A DNA stretch of 32,000 nucleotides from Acaryochloris marina S15 (GTDB taxonomy: Bacteria > Cyanobacteriota > Cyanobacteriia > Thermosynechococcales > Thermosynechococcaceae). Of this stretch, positions 14,643 to 24,731 are shown piece by piece; the first letter of the stretch is position 1; each line of letters starts with the position of its first letter. The stretch covers positions 3,090,001 through 3,122,000 of the forward strand of contig NZ_CP064923.1 in assembly GCF_018336915.1 (NCBI RefSeq), in the 5' to 3' direction. The notes under the pieces were generated by a model. The model made no database searches and had not been told where the DNA came from. It worked only from the letters and a program-made list of their open reading frames with translations. A program made the translations under genes and the position numbers.

Positions 14643-17135
14643 ATGTCGACACCCCAAACCTCTCCCCTCCCAAACCTCTCTTCTACAGCTGCCCCCTTTG
14701 TGGAAGTCCTCGTGGACTGTCCTGGCGCTGACAAGCTCTTTACCTATCGCATTCCCTCCGATCTGAGTATTCAGCCCGGAGATATTCTTAGCGTTCCCTT
14801 TGGCGCTCAGCAAGTCGGAGCCATTGCCATTCGGTTTCGGGCAGATCTCCCGCCAGAGTTAGCCACCACTCGGATTCTGAATGTGGTGGATGTGGCTTGC
14901 CGCACGTTATTCCCCCCCGGCTATTGGCAAATTTTAGAAAAAGTTGCGGCCTACTATTACACCTCTTTAATGGCGGTGATTCGCGTGGCATTACCGCCGG
15001 GATTGTTGCAGCGATCGCAACGCCGTATCCGCTTAAACGCTGCCCTTCCCCCCCAAGACATCAACGGTTTAGGAACCGCTGCCCAAGGCATTCTAGCGCT
15101 GCTACAGCAAAGTCCAAACCAAGACTATACCTGGCAATACCTCCGTCGTCAGATTAAAAAAGCCCAGGTTGGCTTAAGGGAGCTTCAACAGCAAGGACTC
15201 GTAGAAAGCTACCTACAAACCCAAACGCCAACCAAACCCAGGCAGCAGCAGGCCGTTACCCTCACCGCCCCCAGTGCGCCGGACCTGACCCTGCGCCAAC
15301 AGGAAATTCTGACCCTCCTCAAGCATGAGGGTGGAGAATTATGGGCCCAAGATCTCCTAAGACTGGCCCATACAAGCAGCAGCACCTTGAAGAAATTAGC
15401 CAGTAAAGGCTGTATCACCCTGCATCAACAGGAGCGACTCCGATTAGAAACCTCCCCCATACAGCCCGATCAACCTCGAACCCTAACCCCTGACCAAGCT
15501 GGGGTCCTGGCTCAAATTCACCAGCTTCAGGATTACGCAGAAGTCTTACTCCATGGCGTTACCGGTTCTGGCAAAACAGAAGTTTATTTGCAGGCCATCA
15601 CTCCTGTTTTGGCTCGCCAACAGTCCGTGATCGTCCTGGTGCCAGAAATTGGACTCACCCCCCAACTGACGGATCGATTCCGGTCTCGATTTGGCGATCG
15701 CATTCGGGTCTACCACAGTGCCCTCTCCGATGGGGAACGGTATGACACCTGGCGACAGTTTCTCACCAGCACGCCTCAAGTAGTGATTGGGACCCGGTCC
15801 GCCATCTTCGCCCCCATCGCCAATATTGGCCTAGTGATCCTAGATGAAGAGCATGATACAGGCTATAAGCAAGATCAACCAGCCCCTTGCTACCATGCTC
15901 GTACTGTCGCTAGATGGCGGGCTCAACAGGCAGACTGTCCCCTGATCCTTGGCTCTGCAACCCCTTGCTTGGAAAGTTGGTCCCAAACGCCCCCCGCCAA
16001 CGCCCAGCCATCTCAGGCCAGCATCCATTATCTCCGGCTTCCTCAGCGAGTCAATGCTCGCCCTATGCCTCCCATTGAAATCGTGGATATGCGTCTGGAA
16101 CTAGCGGATCGGAACCATTCCATCTTTAGTCGACTCCTGCAAAAACGCTTACATAACCTGCAACAAAAGCAACAGCAGGGGCTATTGTTTATGCCCCGTC
16201 GAGGCCATAGTACGTTTGTCTCCTGCCGCAGCTGTGGTTATGTCTCCGAATGTCCCCACTGCAGCGTTTCTTTGACCTATCACCATAGCCCCGATTCCCG
16301 CCAAACCTTGTTGCGGTGTCATTACTGCAATTATACTCAGCCCCAACCGGAAGCGTGTCCAGTCTGCCAGTCGTCTTATTTTCGTTTTTTTGGCAGCGGT
16401 ACTCAGCGGGTCATGCAGGAATTAGCCAAAACCTTTCCTGATTTACGGGTGATTCGCTTTGATAGTGACACCACTCGCCGCAAAGGGTCCCATCGTCAGC
16501 TTCTCAATCAGTTTGCTCGCGGGGAGGCAGACCTGATGGTGGGCACCCAAATGCTAACCAAAGGGATTGATCTACCTCAAGTTCAACTCATTGGTGTTTT
16601 AGCTGCAGATAGTTTGCTCAATATTCCCGATTTTCGAGCCAGTGAACGCACCTTTCAAACCTTATTGCAAGTGGCCGGACGGGCAGGCCGAGGGGAACAT
16701 CCAGGGCAAGTTCTTCTCCAAACCTATGCCCCTGAACATCCCGTGATCCAAGCCGTTCAAAAATATGAAATGGATACCTTCCTTATCGCTGAACTCAAAC
16801 AGCGCCGGGAAGCCAATTATCCGCCGTTCCATCAGTTAATCCTCTTACGCATTAGTGGTTTGAATGAAACGATAGTTGAGAAGACGGCTCTAGAGATTGC
16901 CGATTACCTGCATGCTTATATCCATACTCATCAATATCAGGGCAGCATTCTGGGTCCAGCACCTGCCAATATTTTGAAGGTGGCTCGACGCTATTATTGG
17001 CACGTCTTAATCAAACGCCCCCAAACAGAAATAGGGCAGACTGAACTCTGGCCATTTCCCAGACAAGGGTGCCAACAAAAATGCCCGCAAAATATTCGCC
17101 TACAAGTAGATGTTGATCCCCTCAAACTCTTGTAA
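14643..17135 (+). CDS. priA: primosomal protein N' (replication restart helicase PriA)
   Basis: 830 aa. Walker A LLHGVTGSGKTEVY, DEEHD box, the Cys-rich zinc-binding insertion (CRSCG...CPHC...CHYC...CPVC), and the C-terminal PriA region. Confidence 0.92.
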   Translation: MSTPQTSPLPNLSSTAAPFVEVLVDCPGADKLFTYRIPSDLSIQPGDILSVPFGAQQVGAIAIRFRADLPPELATTRILNVVDVACRTLFPPGYWQILEKVAAYYYTSLMAVIRVALPPGLLQRSQRRIRLNAALPPQDINGLGTAAQGILALLQQSPNQDYTWQYLRRQIKKAQVGLRELQQQGLVESYLQTQTPTKPRQQQAVTLTAPSAPDLTLRQQEILTLLKHEGGELWAQDLLRLAHTSSSTLKKLASKGCITLHQQERLRLETSPIQPDQPRTLTPDQAGVLAQIHQLQDYAEVLLHGVTGSGKTEVYLQAITPVLARQQSVIVLVPEIGLTPQLTDRFRSRFGDRIRVYHSALSDGERYDTWRQFLTSTPQVVIGTRSAIFAPIANIGLVILDEEHDTGYKQDQPAPCYHARTVARWRAQQADCPLILGSATPCLESWSQTPPANAQPSQASIHYLRLPQRVNARPMPPIEIVDMRLELADRNHSIFSRLLQKRLHNLQQKQQQGLLFMPRRGHSTFVSCRSCGYVSECPHCSVSLTYHHSPDSRQTLLRCHYCNYTQPQPEACPVCQSSYFRFFGSGTQRVMQELAKTFPDLRVIRFDSDTTRRKGSHRQLLNQFARGEADLMVGTQMLTKGIDLPQVQLIGVLAADSLLNIPDFRASERTFQTLLQVAGRAGRGEHPGQVLLQTYAPEHPVIQAVQKYEMDTFLIAELKQRREANYPPFHQLILLRISGLNETIVEKTALEIADYLHAYIHTHQYQGSILGPAPANILKVARRYYWHVLIKRPQTEIGQTELWPFPRQGCQQKCPQNIRLQVDVDPLKLL

Positions 17136-17146
17136 TGATGACTCTC

Positions 17147-17185
17147 CAACACAAAAGCGCACCCCAAAGATGCGCTTTTGTGTTG
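17147..17185. terminator. bidirectional terminator hairpin between the convergent priA and glycosyltransferase genes
   Basis: 14-bp perfect stem CAACACAAAAGCGC/GCGCTTTTGTGTTG. The U-rich tract lies within the 3' arm. Confidence 0.6.
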
Positions 17186-17215
17186 AGATAAGCCCTAAAA
17201 CTGATGAGACAGTGT

Positions 17216-18139
17216 TTAGAGATTAAAAGCGTTAAGCAGTCTCTTCGGTGCCAAGTGATGGGCCACTAACTGCATACTGGCGAAAAAGATAAAAGGTGGA
17301 ATCGTTTGGGTATAGCGACCCAAGAGGCGCTTAGGCTCTTGGAGTAGGCGATACAGCCACTCAAGTCCTGCTTGTCTTACCCAGCGAGGAGCCCACTTCT
17401 TCAAGCCAGCATAGACTGGAAAAGCGCCGCCGAGGCCAATCATTACCGCTTGAACACGACCCTGATGTTCGGCCATCCACTTTTCTTGCTTGGGGCAACC
17501 TAGAGACAAAAAGACAATGCCAGCGCCAGATTCATGGATTTCTTCCATTAACTCCTCATCCTCAGCCGCGGTCAGCGGACGGAAGGGTAAAGGCTTCATG
17601 GCCGCAATTTCTAGATTGGGATATTCCTTCTCTAAGCGAGCGCGCATCCGATCCAAGATGGACTTCTGAGATCCGAGGAAAAATACTTTAACTTTCTCTT
17701 CTGAAGCTTTTTGGCAAAGGTTTTGGAGGATATCCATGCCAGCGACGCGATCTTGTCCTTTACGCCCCAACAATCTCATCATCCAAACCAAAGGCATCCC
17801 ATCAGGGGTTACCATGTCTGCATTTTGTAGAACCTGAGAAAACTGCCGGTGCCAATAGGCTTCCATTAACATGTGGACATTAGCAACACAGACTGCTTTG
17901 CTTTCTCCGCCATGAGCCCACTGCATGATAGTGCGCGTTGTTTTATTCAATCGAAGAGCAGTGATAGAAGAGTTCAGAACTGGCTGCTCTGGCAATGACT
18001 TGTTCATGTTGGCCGCGCTGGTTGGTTTTAATAAGACCTTGGGTTGAGGCAAAGACATGAGGACTTTATCTGCAGTGAAGTTTGGGCTGACGTTGGTTGG
18101 CTTTGGCAAAGTCGTTTTCATGGCGGTCACGCAATTCAC
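17216..18139 (-). CDS. WecB/TagA/CpsF-family glycosyltransferase
   Basis: Family-typical blocks: CVANVHMLMEA, ADMVTPDGMPLVWMMRLLG, VFFLGS, IVFLSLGCPKQEKW, LEWLYRLLQEPKRL. The start codon is uncertain because there is a long N-terminal extension. Confidence 0.8.
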   Translation of the reverse strand: MNCVTAMKTTLPKPTNVSPNFTADKVLMSLPQPKVLLKPTSAANMNKSLPEQPVLNSSITALRLNKTTRTIMQWAHGGESKAVCVANVHMLMEAYWHRQFSQVLQNADMVTPDGMPLVWMMRLLGRKGQDRVAGMDILQNLCQKASEEKVKVFFLGSQKSILDRMRARLEKEYPNLEIAAMKPLPFRPLTAAEDEELMEEIHESGAGIVFLSLGCPKQEKWMAEHQGRVQAVMIGLGGAFPVYAGLKKWAPRWVRQAGLEWLYRLLQEPKRLLGRYTQTIPPFIFFASMQLVAHHLAPKRLLNAFNL

Positions 18140-19098
18140 TCAGGGCAGGCTGGACTTGGATAAATAAAGAAGATGTGGGTGCAGAATGTCTGCCATCTTA
18201 CTTAAGAGGGGAAGTAAGAACTAAATAAGCCGTACCCAGCAGATTTGATTCTTTTCCCGATGACCTTATACTCGGCCCTAATACCCTTGGGTGCAGTGAT
18301 CGAGCGCACAAAAAAGCGTTGATCTATTGCCACTCTTTACCTCTCCAATAGAAGGGAGTTAATGGGAAAGCAGCTAGCCTTTCAAAAGCGGTTAGGAAGT
18401 TAGACAACCCTACAGATGGTTGTTCTTAGATAATTTCTTTAACGGTTCAATGCTTAATTAACGAGAAGATAGGAACAGTAATCTTCAAAATAAAGGTCGG
18501 TAAAACGGGATAAGAATCTCCACAATAAGCTCGATAAAACTACCAAAAATTCCTCGATTCTAGAACTAGAGATGGTAGCTCCTTCTCCATAAAGACTGAA
18601 AGCAATCTGATTGTATTTTTTTCATCTTTATCTTTTCTGTATAAATAAAAACATCTTAAAAAAAGCTATGAAATCTTATTTTATCTTTTCTCAAAGAAAT
18701 AAACAAGGAAATCTTTAATGGAAGTAATGAGTTACTAACCATCATAATCAAGAGTTATATGACTCATAAATTCTATTTATATCGAATTTAGGACTCAAAA
18801 CAACTTAATTCATGAAATCAGGTAGTTAAACATATTAGCCCCTTATTAAGCAGACAGGCTGATCTATCTCTAATATTCAACACCAGCTGTATTTTTCACC
18901 CTGCCCATTCAAATTGCCCTATGGCATGCCGAAATCATTGATTTATGGCAACAATATGATGTTTCAATTCTTTCTCACTCTAGACGTAAACAACAATTCA
19001 CTAATTCCCTGAAAGAGTTTTATAGCATTGCTTTCAGCGTATAACAAAATCAAAATCCACCCTGTTATTCGCCATATAGTTCTGGGCAGGCAACAATC

Positions 19099-19461
19099 TT
19101 ATCGATCTCCTTCAGCAGGCCATGGCACTAAAGGAGTGTCTTTTTTTAGATAGAGCGGATGGCGGGGACACCCTGATTGCGTGACTCCAAAGCACTCCAC
19201 CTTAGCTGAGGATGAATGCAATAGGGTACTAATGATGCGATCTCGCCCACAAAACCCACCCTGATTGCCCCAAGCGACGACCACCCGATCTTGATTCTGG
19301 CATTTGACCCCTATCACCGAATCATTTTCTGGACCAATGGGATCCTGAGCTTTTTTCAAATCATGAGGAGCCGTCGCTCGAAAGGCGAATAAATTGAGCA
19401 TCAATAAGCCACCATATCCCTCACGTCGGGCAAAGCCAATACAGCGAGTAATGGTTGGATC
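19099..19461 (-). pseudogene. DUF1643 protein, C-terminal part (gene split by an IS)
   Basis: In-frame translation DPTITRCIGFARREGYGGLLMLNLFAFRATAP...VVAWGN...GCPRHPLYL matches DUF1643. It ends at the target-site duplication. Confidence 0.75.
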
Positions 19462-20947
19462 GGGCGTATTTAGCGGATCGGGGATGCCTTAGTTTTCGGA
19501 ATGGTCACCTCTGGGAATAAGGAGTCAAACCGTTCATTGACCCAGGCAATTCTCAAGATCAGTAAATGGTTGAAACCATCCTCACTCCAGCGCATGCCAA
19601 CTCCCTTAAAGCGCTGCTGAATCAACCACTTGCATGCACTTTCAACCATTCCTGACCCGAGAGGAATCTGTTGCTGTTCAAAGTGCCGATAACGGATGTG
19701 GTTATGATGGCGTTGGAAATAAGCCTGCACCTGGAGCAACGTTGAAAAAGACTTTCCCGTTAACAGTTGTGAGTGAATCAATATCGTCAAGGACCGTAAT
19801 ACAAGTAGGTGTTGCCCGTGTCGCAATTGGTGTCGCCAGTGCCGGAACCAGGCTTGGGCTTGAGCAGAGCGGGCATCTCCAAACATCGCTTTAGTTGCTC
19901 GTGCCAGATGGCCTGCTGAATGAAAAAAGTCGAGGACTGCCACAGCACAATGAGAGAACAAGGTGCGATAGACTCGCCAGAAGCCTCGTCCCCCATCACT
20001 GAGCCAGATGACTTTTGGAGCAGATTCAAAGTCTTGTTTGTGAGCTTCGAGTTGAAGTAAAGGGATGAACTGGTCGATATCGCCCAATACTGCCACCAGT
20101 CTTCGACGCAGTAATTGGGGGACCTCCTTTTTAGCTCGGGTAACCCGTGTTCCCAGGCGAGCTAAGATGGCGACTTTGACTTCTCGCCACTGGATTTTTC
20201 CCTTGGGTGAGTTCGGGGTGGGGCGAAAGGGGACCATCACACCATCGGCGGCAATGGCCAAAGGTAGAGCAGATAACATCTCTGAAATCGCTTCACAAGG
20301 GGCCTGAGTCCCTGATGATTGAGCGTTGAGTTGAGCTTCTAATTCCTGCTGAGCTTTGTTACCCACGGATTGCACCCAGTTCCACAAACTGGATGGACTC
20401 ACGGATAGACCACTCCACTGACCCAGCATCCAACTGGCCAGTTCATAGGGCATGAACAGACTCAACAAGCAGCCCAGACGCACCAGTTCTTCGCTGCTGT
20501 GCTGATAGGGGGCAATCCCAATGGCTTGATCCAGGGGAGTCAACAGACTGCCTGGACATCCTTTGGGACAACGGCCCACCCGTCGCTTTCAAGAGATAGT
20601 GCCTACCAGTGTCTGCATCTGACGAGATTCCCATCCCTTCGAATGTAAGCGGGTTCCGCAGGTAGTACATACAGGCCATACAAATACTGCTTTCGCGCGC
20701 CTTGAGAGTTCATCCTCCAGAAGACAGCGAGCTAGAAACAAGCCCATTTGCAGAACGATATAAACCATCTGACTCAGGCTGGTTGATACTTTGAGTGCTT
20801 CAGTTTGTTCTAGAAATTCGTCATGGGCTAGCACGGTTAGCAATTGCGATGGTAGGGTCATGATAGTTTTTTGGTTCGGGTACAGGATCTATTGTCCTTG
20901 ACCCGTTTTTCTTTGAGCCATGCATCCCCGATCCTTTGCTTACGCCC
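19462..20947 (-). mobile_element. insertion sequence (1486 bp) with imperfect terminal inverted repeats of about 27 bp and a 9-bp target-site duplication
   Basis: The ends GGGCGTATTTAGCGGATCGGGGATGCC and GGGCGTAAGCAAAGGATCGGGGATGCC (reverse complement) match at 7+14 positions. The direct repeat GGTTGGATC flanks the element at 19453-19461 and 20948-20956. Confidence 0.85.
19470..20861 (-). pseudogene. DDE-type transposase interrupted by one in-frame TGA (family uncertain, possibly ISKra4-like)
   Basis: ORFs 20589-20861 and 19470-20579 are in the same frame. The junction reads ...LVGTIS*KRRVGRCPKGCPG, with the TGA at 20589-20591. The downstream part contains WLSDGGRGFW and LDFFH. Confidence 0.7.
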
Positions 20948-21100
20948 GGTTGGATCGTTATGAGATTCATCAGCCTTACTGGGATTGAGACCCATGAGGA
21001 TCAACAGAGGAGCATCATTCCACCGACGCCACAATTGATATCGCCAAGTCCGGCAAGGGGAAAAGGCTGCCCCTGAACACTCATTACCTAAGGTGAACAT
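20948..21100 (-). pseudogene. DUF1643 protein, N-terminal part
   Basis: MFTLGNEC...CRTWRYQLWRRW...LLILMGLNPSKADESHNDPT is followed directly by the IS end. The remainder of the 80-aa ORF is read-through into the IS. Confidence 0.75.
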
Positions 21101-21223
21101 CTAGAACCCCAACGCTACAATCATGATCGCGTTCAATCAGTGACTCAATCAAGACACCTTCCGGGATTCTTCCCAGAAGGTGTCTGAAGCGATTGAAAGC
21201 TGGTAGGACGGAGAAGTTAACTC

Positions 21224-23716
21224 TTAATTCTCAGTGAATTCAAAACCCGTATTAAAGTTTTCAACTCTTCCTTCTAGAATGGCAATCAAATCGTTACTCC
21301 CCGCTAAACGAAGGCTAGTTCGACTACCAAAAGTCATTAAAGTATAGTCTGCAGCACTGCCAGCGAGCTCAATCGTATCTTGATTGAGTTCAAACCGTTG
21401 AATAATTGCCAGACCCCGACCTTGGTAAAAGACAGAACGCTCATCTCCTAAGATAAAGACATCTTCGCCTCTACCTCCCTTTAAGAGGTCAAAGTCGTGT
21501 CGGCCAAACTGATCGCCAACACCATTAATGATGTCATTGCCGTTGCCACCTCTGACCATATCGTTGCCATTACCCGCAACTAATACATCGTTATCAGCAT
21601 ATCCAGTCAACACATCATTACCATCACCGCCAATAACGGTATCGTTACCCGCACCACCGATTAAGTAGTCATCCCCAAGATTACCGATCAGGATATCGGC
21701 CCCAAAATTCCCCCGGATGAAGTCATTGCCATCTAGTCCATCAATCAGATCATTCTGTCGAGTTCCCCGTAATGAGTTTTGGCCATCATCTCCCAAGATT
21801 TTGTTCTCATAGGGGACCTGGAATACATTATCTTGAACCAGATAATCTTGGGTCGTGTTCAGACGAATGATATTCGATAAATTTGTCTGGGTAATGTCTG
21901 CAGCGAGCACCTTTAATTCATCCAGATCATTCAAGAAGAAAAAGCGATCGCCAGCCGCTGCACGAGCGAATTGATCTTTGATGAAAAAGCTAAAGGTGGG
22001 TCCAAGCAAACCACCATGATTCGCCGACAACTCCGAAATACCCCCTAGCCATAAGTCGATCTGGCCCACATGTTTGTAGGCTGTCTCAAACAGCTCAATC
22101 ACAGCAGGGGCAAACGGCAACTCTTCAAAAGAGGTAATCTCAACACCAAATAGCTGTTTTTGAGCGTCAACATAACTGGGAAGACCCACTTCTCGACCCC
22201 GCTGAATATTGACAGATGCTAGGTCAAAGCCTCCTGTACCAGCGCCAAAAAGGAAGTTGCGGACGCCATCCACAATAAAGTTATCCAGTTCTTGAGCTTC
22301 TTGCAAAACTAGCCCTCGCAAAAGGGAATCAACCCCATTGGCCGACACTTCCCCAGGTTTAAAGAAGGCATCTTTAAGGGCAATCGACTCTAAACCGTTG
22401 TCATCAAAACGGTGGATTTGATTATTGAGTAGGGTATGGCCCAAACGATAAGCCGCATTCGCAAATTCATTACTAACGGCTGGATTGATATAGGGTTGAT
22501 ACCCCTCATAGTCATCGAGCAGGGTATCTCCAATCAGAAGCGGGAGAAACTCTTTATAGGTAATGATTTGGATCTTGGCCCCAATAACCTTACGAGCCGC
22601 TTGGTAAAGGTACTCATCCTTCACCTTATCTGCATGGGTTACTCCGTTCTGGTTGAGATACTCCCCTTTAAAGGATTGATATTGAGCGACGAGTCCCGAT
22701 TCGCCGGCCTCTAGTCGTTCTGAAATATCAGCGGCTAATCGATTATGTTCACGCACAAACAGAACATGATTGGCCGTGAGCCCAAGTTGTTCATTGGCAC
22801 GAACATCTCCTGCCAAGTAAAGGTCTGCATCCGCGATATTTTGTCCACCGTTAGCGTTGCCAAATGGGTGATCAGCACGATTGTATGGCAAGAGTTGTTC
22901 GCCATTCTCGGCAACAGTGGTTTTCAGCTCACCGTTTGCATAGGACCGAAGAAAGTTAGCTCGCTCTGCATCTGAACCGTACACTCCAGAACCATCAATA
23001 AATGAGGTAATCTCATTATTTTGCTCACGAGGATTATGTCGGTTAGTCCCTGTATCATGTGCAGCTGGCACACGAGTAAAAGGCAGATAAGGAAATTTCG
23101 GATTAAAGAGTGAATCAGACTTAGAAACAGGAATAAAAAAGGCTTCTTTTCCACCCTCGTTCAAATCTAGGTCGTGATCAATAAATTGTCCCCACTGCCA
23201 CAACCAATCACTCGCTCCCAAAAAATTAGGAATCGACTCAGTTTGGCTAGCAACTGTATTGCTTATCTCTCTCGGATTAGGTAACCCAGCTGGATCTGGA
23301 ATGCTATAGGAGCCACCATGTGGAGAGTCAATCATGATCGCCCCCCCTCGAGGAGTACTCACACCATCATCATAAGCAGGGGTTAATAGTCTTAAAAGCT
23401 GAGTATCACTCGAACCCGCATGGTGATGGTATGGATTATTGCCTGTTCCGTCAATTGAGCGATATTGAAACAACGAGTTCGTATTGCCTGGAACGGTACC
23501 TTCCTCTTGATCTATATCCAATATTCGAGAGCCATAGAGTGGTGTAGCGGTCAACTCTAAATAAGTAGGCTCCATTTCGTTATCGTTCATTTGACCTGAA
23601 GAAGACGTATCGTCTAGAACGGTACCTTCCTCTTGATCTATATCCAATATTCGAGAGCCATAGAGTGGAGTGGCGGTCGACTCTATATCATTGGGTACCA
23701 TTTCATTATCGTTCAT
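21224..23716 (-). CDS. animal-haem-peroxidase-family protein with C-terminal RTX (hemolysin-type Ca-binding) repeats
   Basis: 830 aa. Peroxidase blocks: WGQFIDHDL, FIDGSGVYGS, LLPYN, GD.RANEQ..LT..H.LF.REHNRLA, AAYRLGHTLL. The C-terminus carries GxxGxD nonapeptide repeats (GNDFIRGNFGADILIGNLGDDYLIGGAGNDTVIGGDGNDVLTG...). Confidence 0.88.
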   Translation of the reverse strand: MNDNEMVPNDIESTATPLYGSRILDIDQEEGTVLDDTSSSGQMNDNEMEPTYLELTATPLYGSRILDIDQEEGTVPGNTNSLFQYRSIDGTGNNPYHHHAGSSDTQLLRLLTPAYDDGVSTPRGGAIMIDSPHGGSYSIPDPAGLPNPREISNTVASQTESIPNFLGASDWLWQWGQFIDHDLDLNEGGKEAFFIPVSKSDSLFNPKFPYLPFTRVPAAHDTGTNRHNPREQNNEITSFIDGSGVYGSDAERANFLRSYANGELKTTVAENGEQLLPYNRADHPFGNANGGQNIADADLYLAGDVRANEQLGLTANHVLFVREHNRLAADISERLEAGESGLVAQYQSFKGEYLNQNGVTHADKVKDEYLYQAARKVIGAKIQIITYKEFLPLLIGDTLLDDYEGYQPYINPAVSNEFANAAYRLGHTLLNNQIHRFDDNGLESIALKDAFFKPGEVSANGVDSLLRGLVLQEAQELDNFIVDGVRNFLFGAGTGGFDLASVNIQRGREVGLPSYVDAQKQLFGVEITSFEELPFAPAVIELFETAYKHVGQIDLWLGGISELSANHGGLLGPTFSFFIKDQFARAAAGDRFFFLNDLDELKVLAADITQTNLSNIIRLNTTQDYLVQDNVFQVPYENKILGDDGQNSLRGTRQNDLIDGLDGNDFIRGNFGADILIGNLGDDYLIGGAGNDTVIGGDGNDVLTGYADNDVLVAGNGNDMVRGGNGNDIINGVGDQFGRHDFDLLKGGRGEDVFILGDERSVFYQGRGLAIIQRFELNQDTIELAGSAADYTLMTFGSRTSLRLAGSNDLIAILEGRVENFNTGFEFTEN
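23491..23716 (-). repeat. 126-bp-period tandem duplication at the 5' end of the peroxidase gene
   Basis: 23491-23590 and 23617-23716 are near-identical. They encode MNDNEM.P....TATPLYGSRILDIDQEEGTV twice, and each copy begins with ATG. Confidence 0.9.
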
Positions 23717-24503
23717 GATTTAAACCTCAGAAAAATCCAACAATTGAAAATTTATTCAAGCTTCATTGATGGAATTTCCCCCAAAAAACTTACCCCTTAA
23801 TTAGATCTAAATTAAGGGAAGGTTTATCGGTTCAATAACTCCTCAATCCATATTTCCGGTCAGAAGAACCAGCCAAAGTTAAATAACCTTGGCGGCCTTA
23901 AGAGCCAAAAATAGCTTGAATATTTTATTAATCCAGCAGGGAACTGATTTAGCACCCTCAAGTACATAGATAAGACTGATTAAGTCTCATATAAGTGATT
24001 ATGCACAACAACCCAAGTTTCTACTGAGAGTCAGTTGGTCCAGAAAGCTGGGTGACAAGGGGAAGCAATTAACAACAAAAAAGAGGTGAGTGTTTAGTGT
24101 TGATTAGCTGAGGCACATATTTATTTTGCGAATTTCGAATAACTTATCTTTTACTCATCAATATGAGATACTCCGTAGGATAGTATTTCTCTGTCCCCGC
24201 GCAATTTTTTATTTGTAGCATTATTCTAAGGTTAGATTCAGGGAAATCTCATATTTCTTTAAAAAATATTTTATATTGTCCTTTGATTGCCAGGCGTAAA
24301 TTTCTTCAAAGAGCAGCATAGGGTCCAGGAGGGTATCACTGGCGCTAAAGTCCATATCAAGCCCAGTTGACCCGTCAATTAGGCTCATTCAAGATCGCTT
24401 GCTTCCTGATACTGCGGCATCTTCAACTTTTGGCTAATAGAGAATCCTGAACCGTTGCTCTATAAGTGAGGGGCACGAACCATTGTCTAAGTAGGGTTGA
24501 ACG

Positions 24504-24713
24504 ATGGCAAAAACAGAATTTGCAAGATTATTCAGAGCAACTCAGGAGAATCCCACACTGCGTCAGCAATTAAATGCAGCTTCTAATCAAGAAGAATTTG
24601 TCAGCATGGCCCAGATGTATGGCTATGACTTCACGGTAGATGAGTGGCAAGAGATGATTGGCTTCAACGTAGAAGAACTACAGTGCGAGCTCTCCGAAAT
24701 TCCTGGCATCTAA
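24504..24713 (+). CDS. Nif11-like small protein
   Basis: 69 aa. The N-terminal pattern F..L....P.LRQQL.AA.N.EEFVSMAQ.YGYDFTVDEW is typical of the Nif11 domain or leader family. Confidence 0.7.
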   Translation: MAKTEFARLFRATQENPTLRQQLNAASNQEEFVSMAQMYGYDFTVDEWQEMIGFNVEELQCELSEIPGI

Positions 24714-24731
24714 AATACGCTCTAATTCATT

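Noticed and set aside
14307-16028. ORFs within or antisense to the hybrid kinase and priA genes (14307-14813, 14788-14991, 14897-15157, 15209-15418, 15546-15779, 15840-16028)
   Set aside because: They are embedded in strongly supported CDSs, and their Arg/Gly/Pro-rich translations are typical of off-frame reading of GC-richer coding sequence.
19634-20679. ORFs 19634-19894(+), 19787-20029(-), 20065-20307(+) and 20443-20679(-) inside the IS
   Set aside because: They are alternative-frame or antisense ORFs within the transposase reading frame, and none shows independent support.
22436-23154. ORFs 22436-22714(+), 22745-22975(+) and 22924-23154(-) within the peroxidase gene
   Set aside because: They are antisense or off-frame to an 830-aa CDS with clear family motifs.
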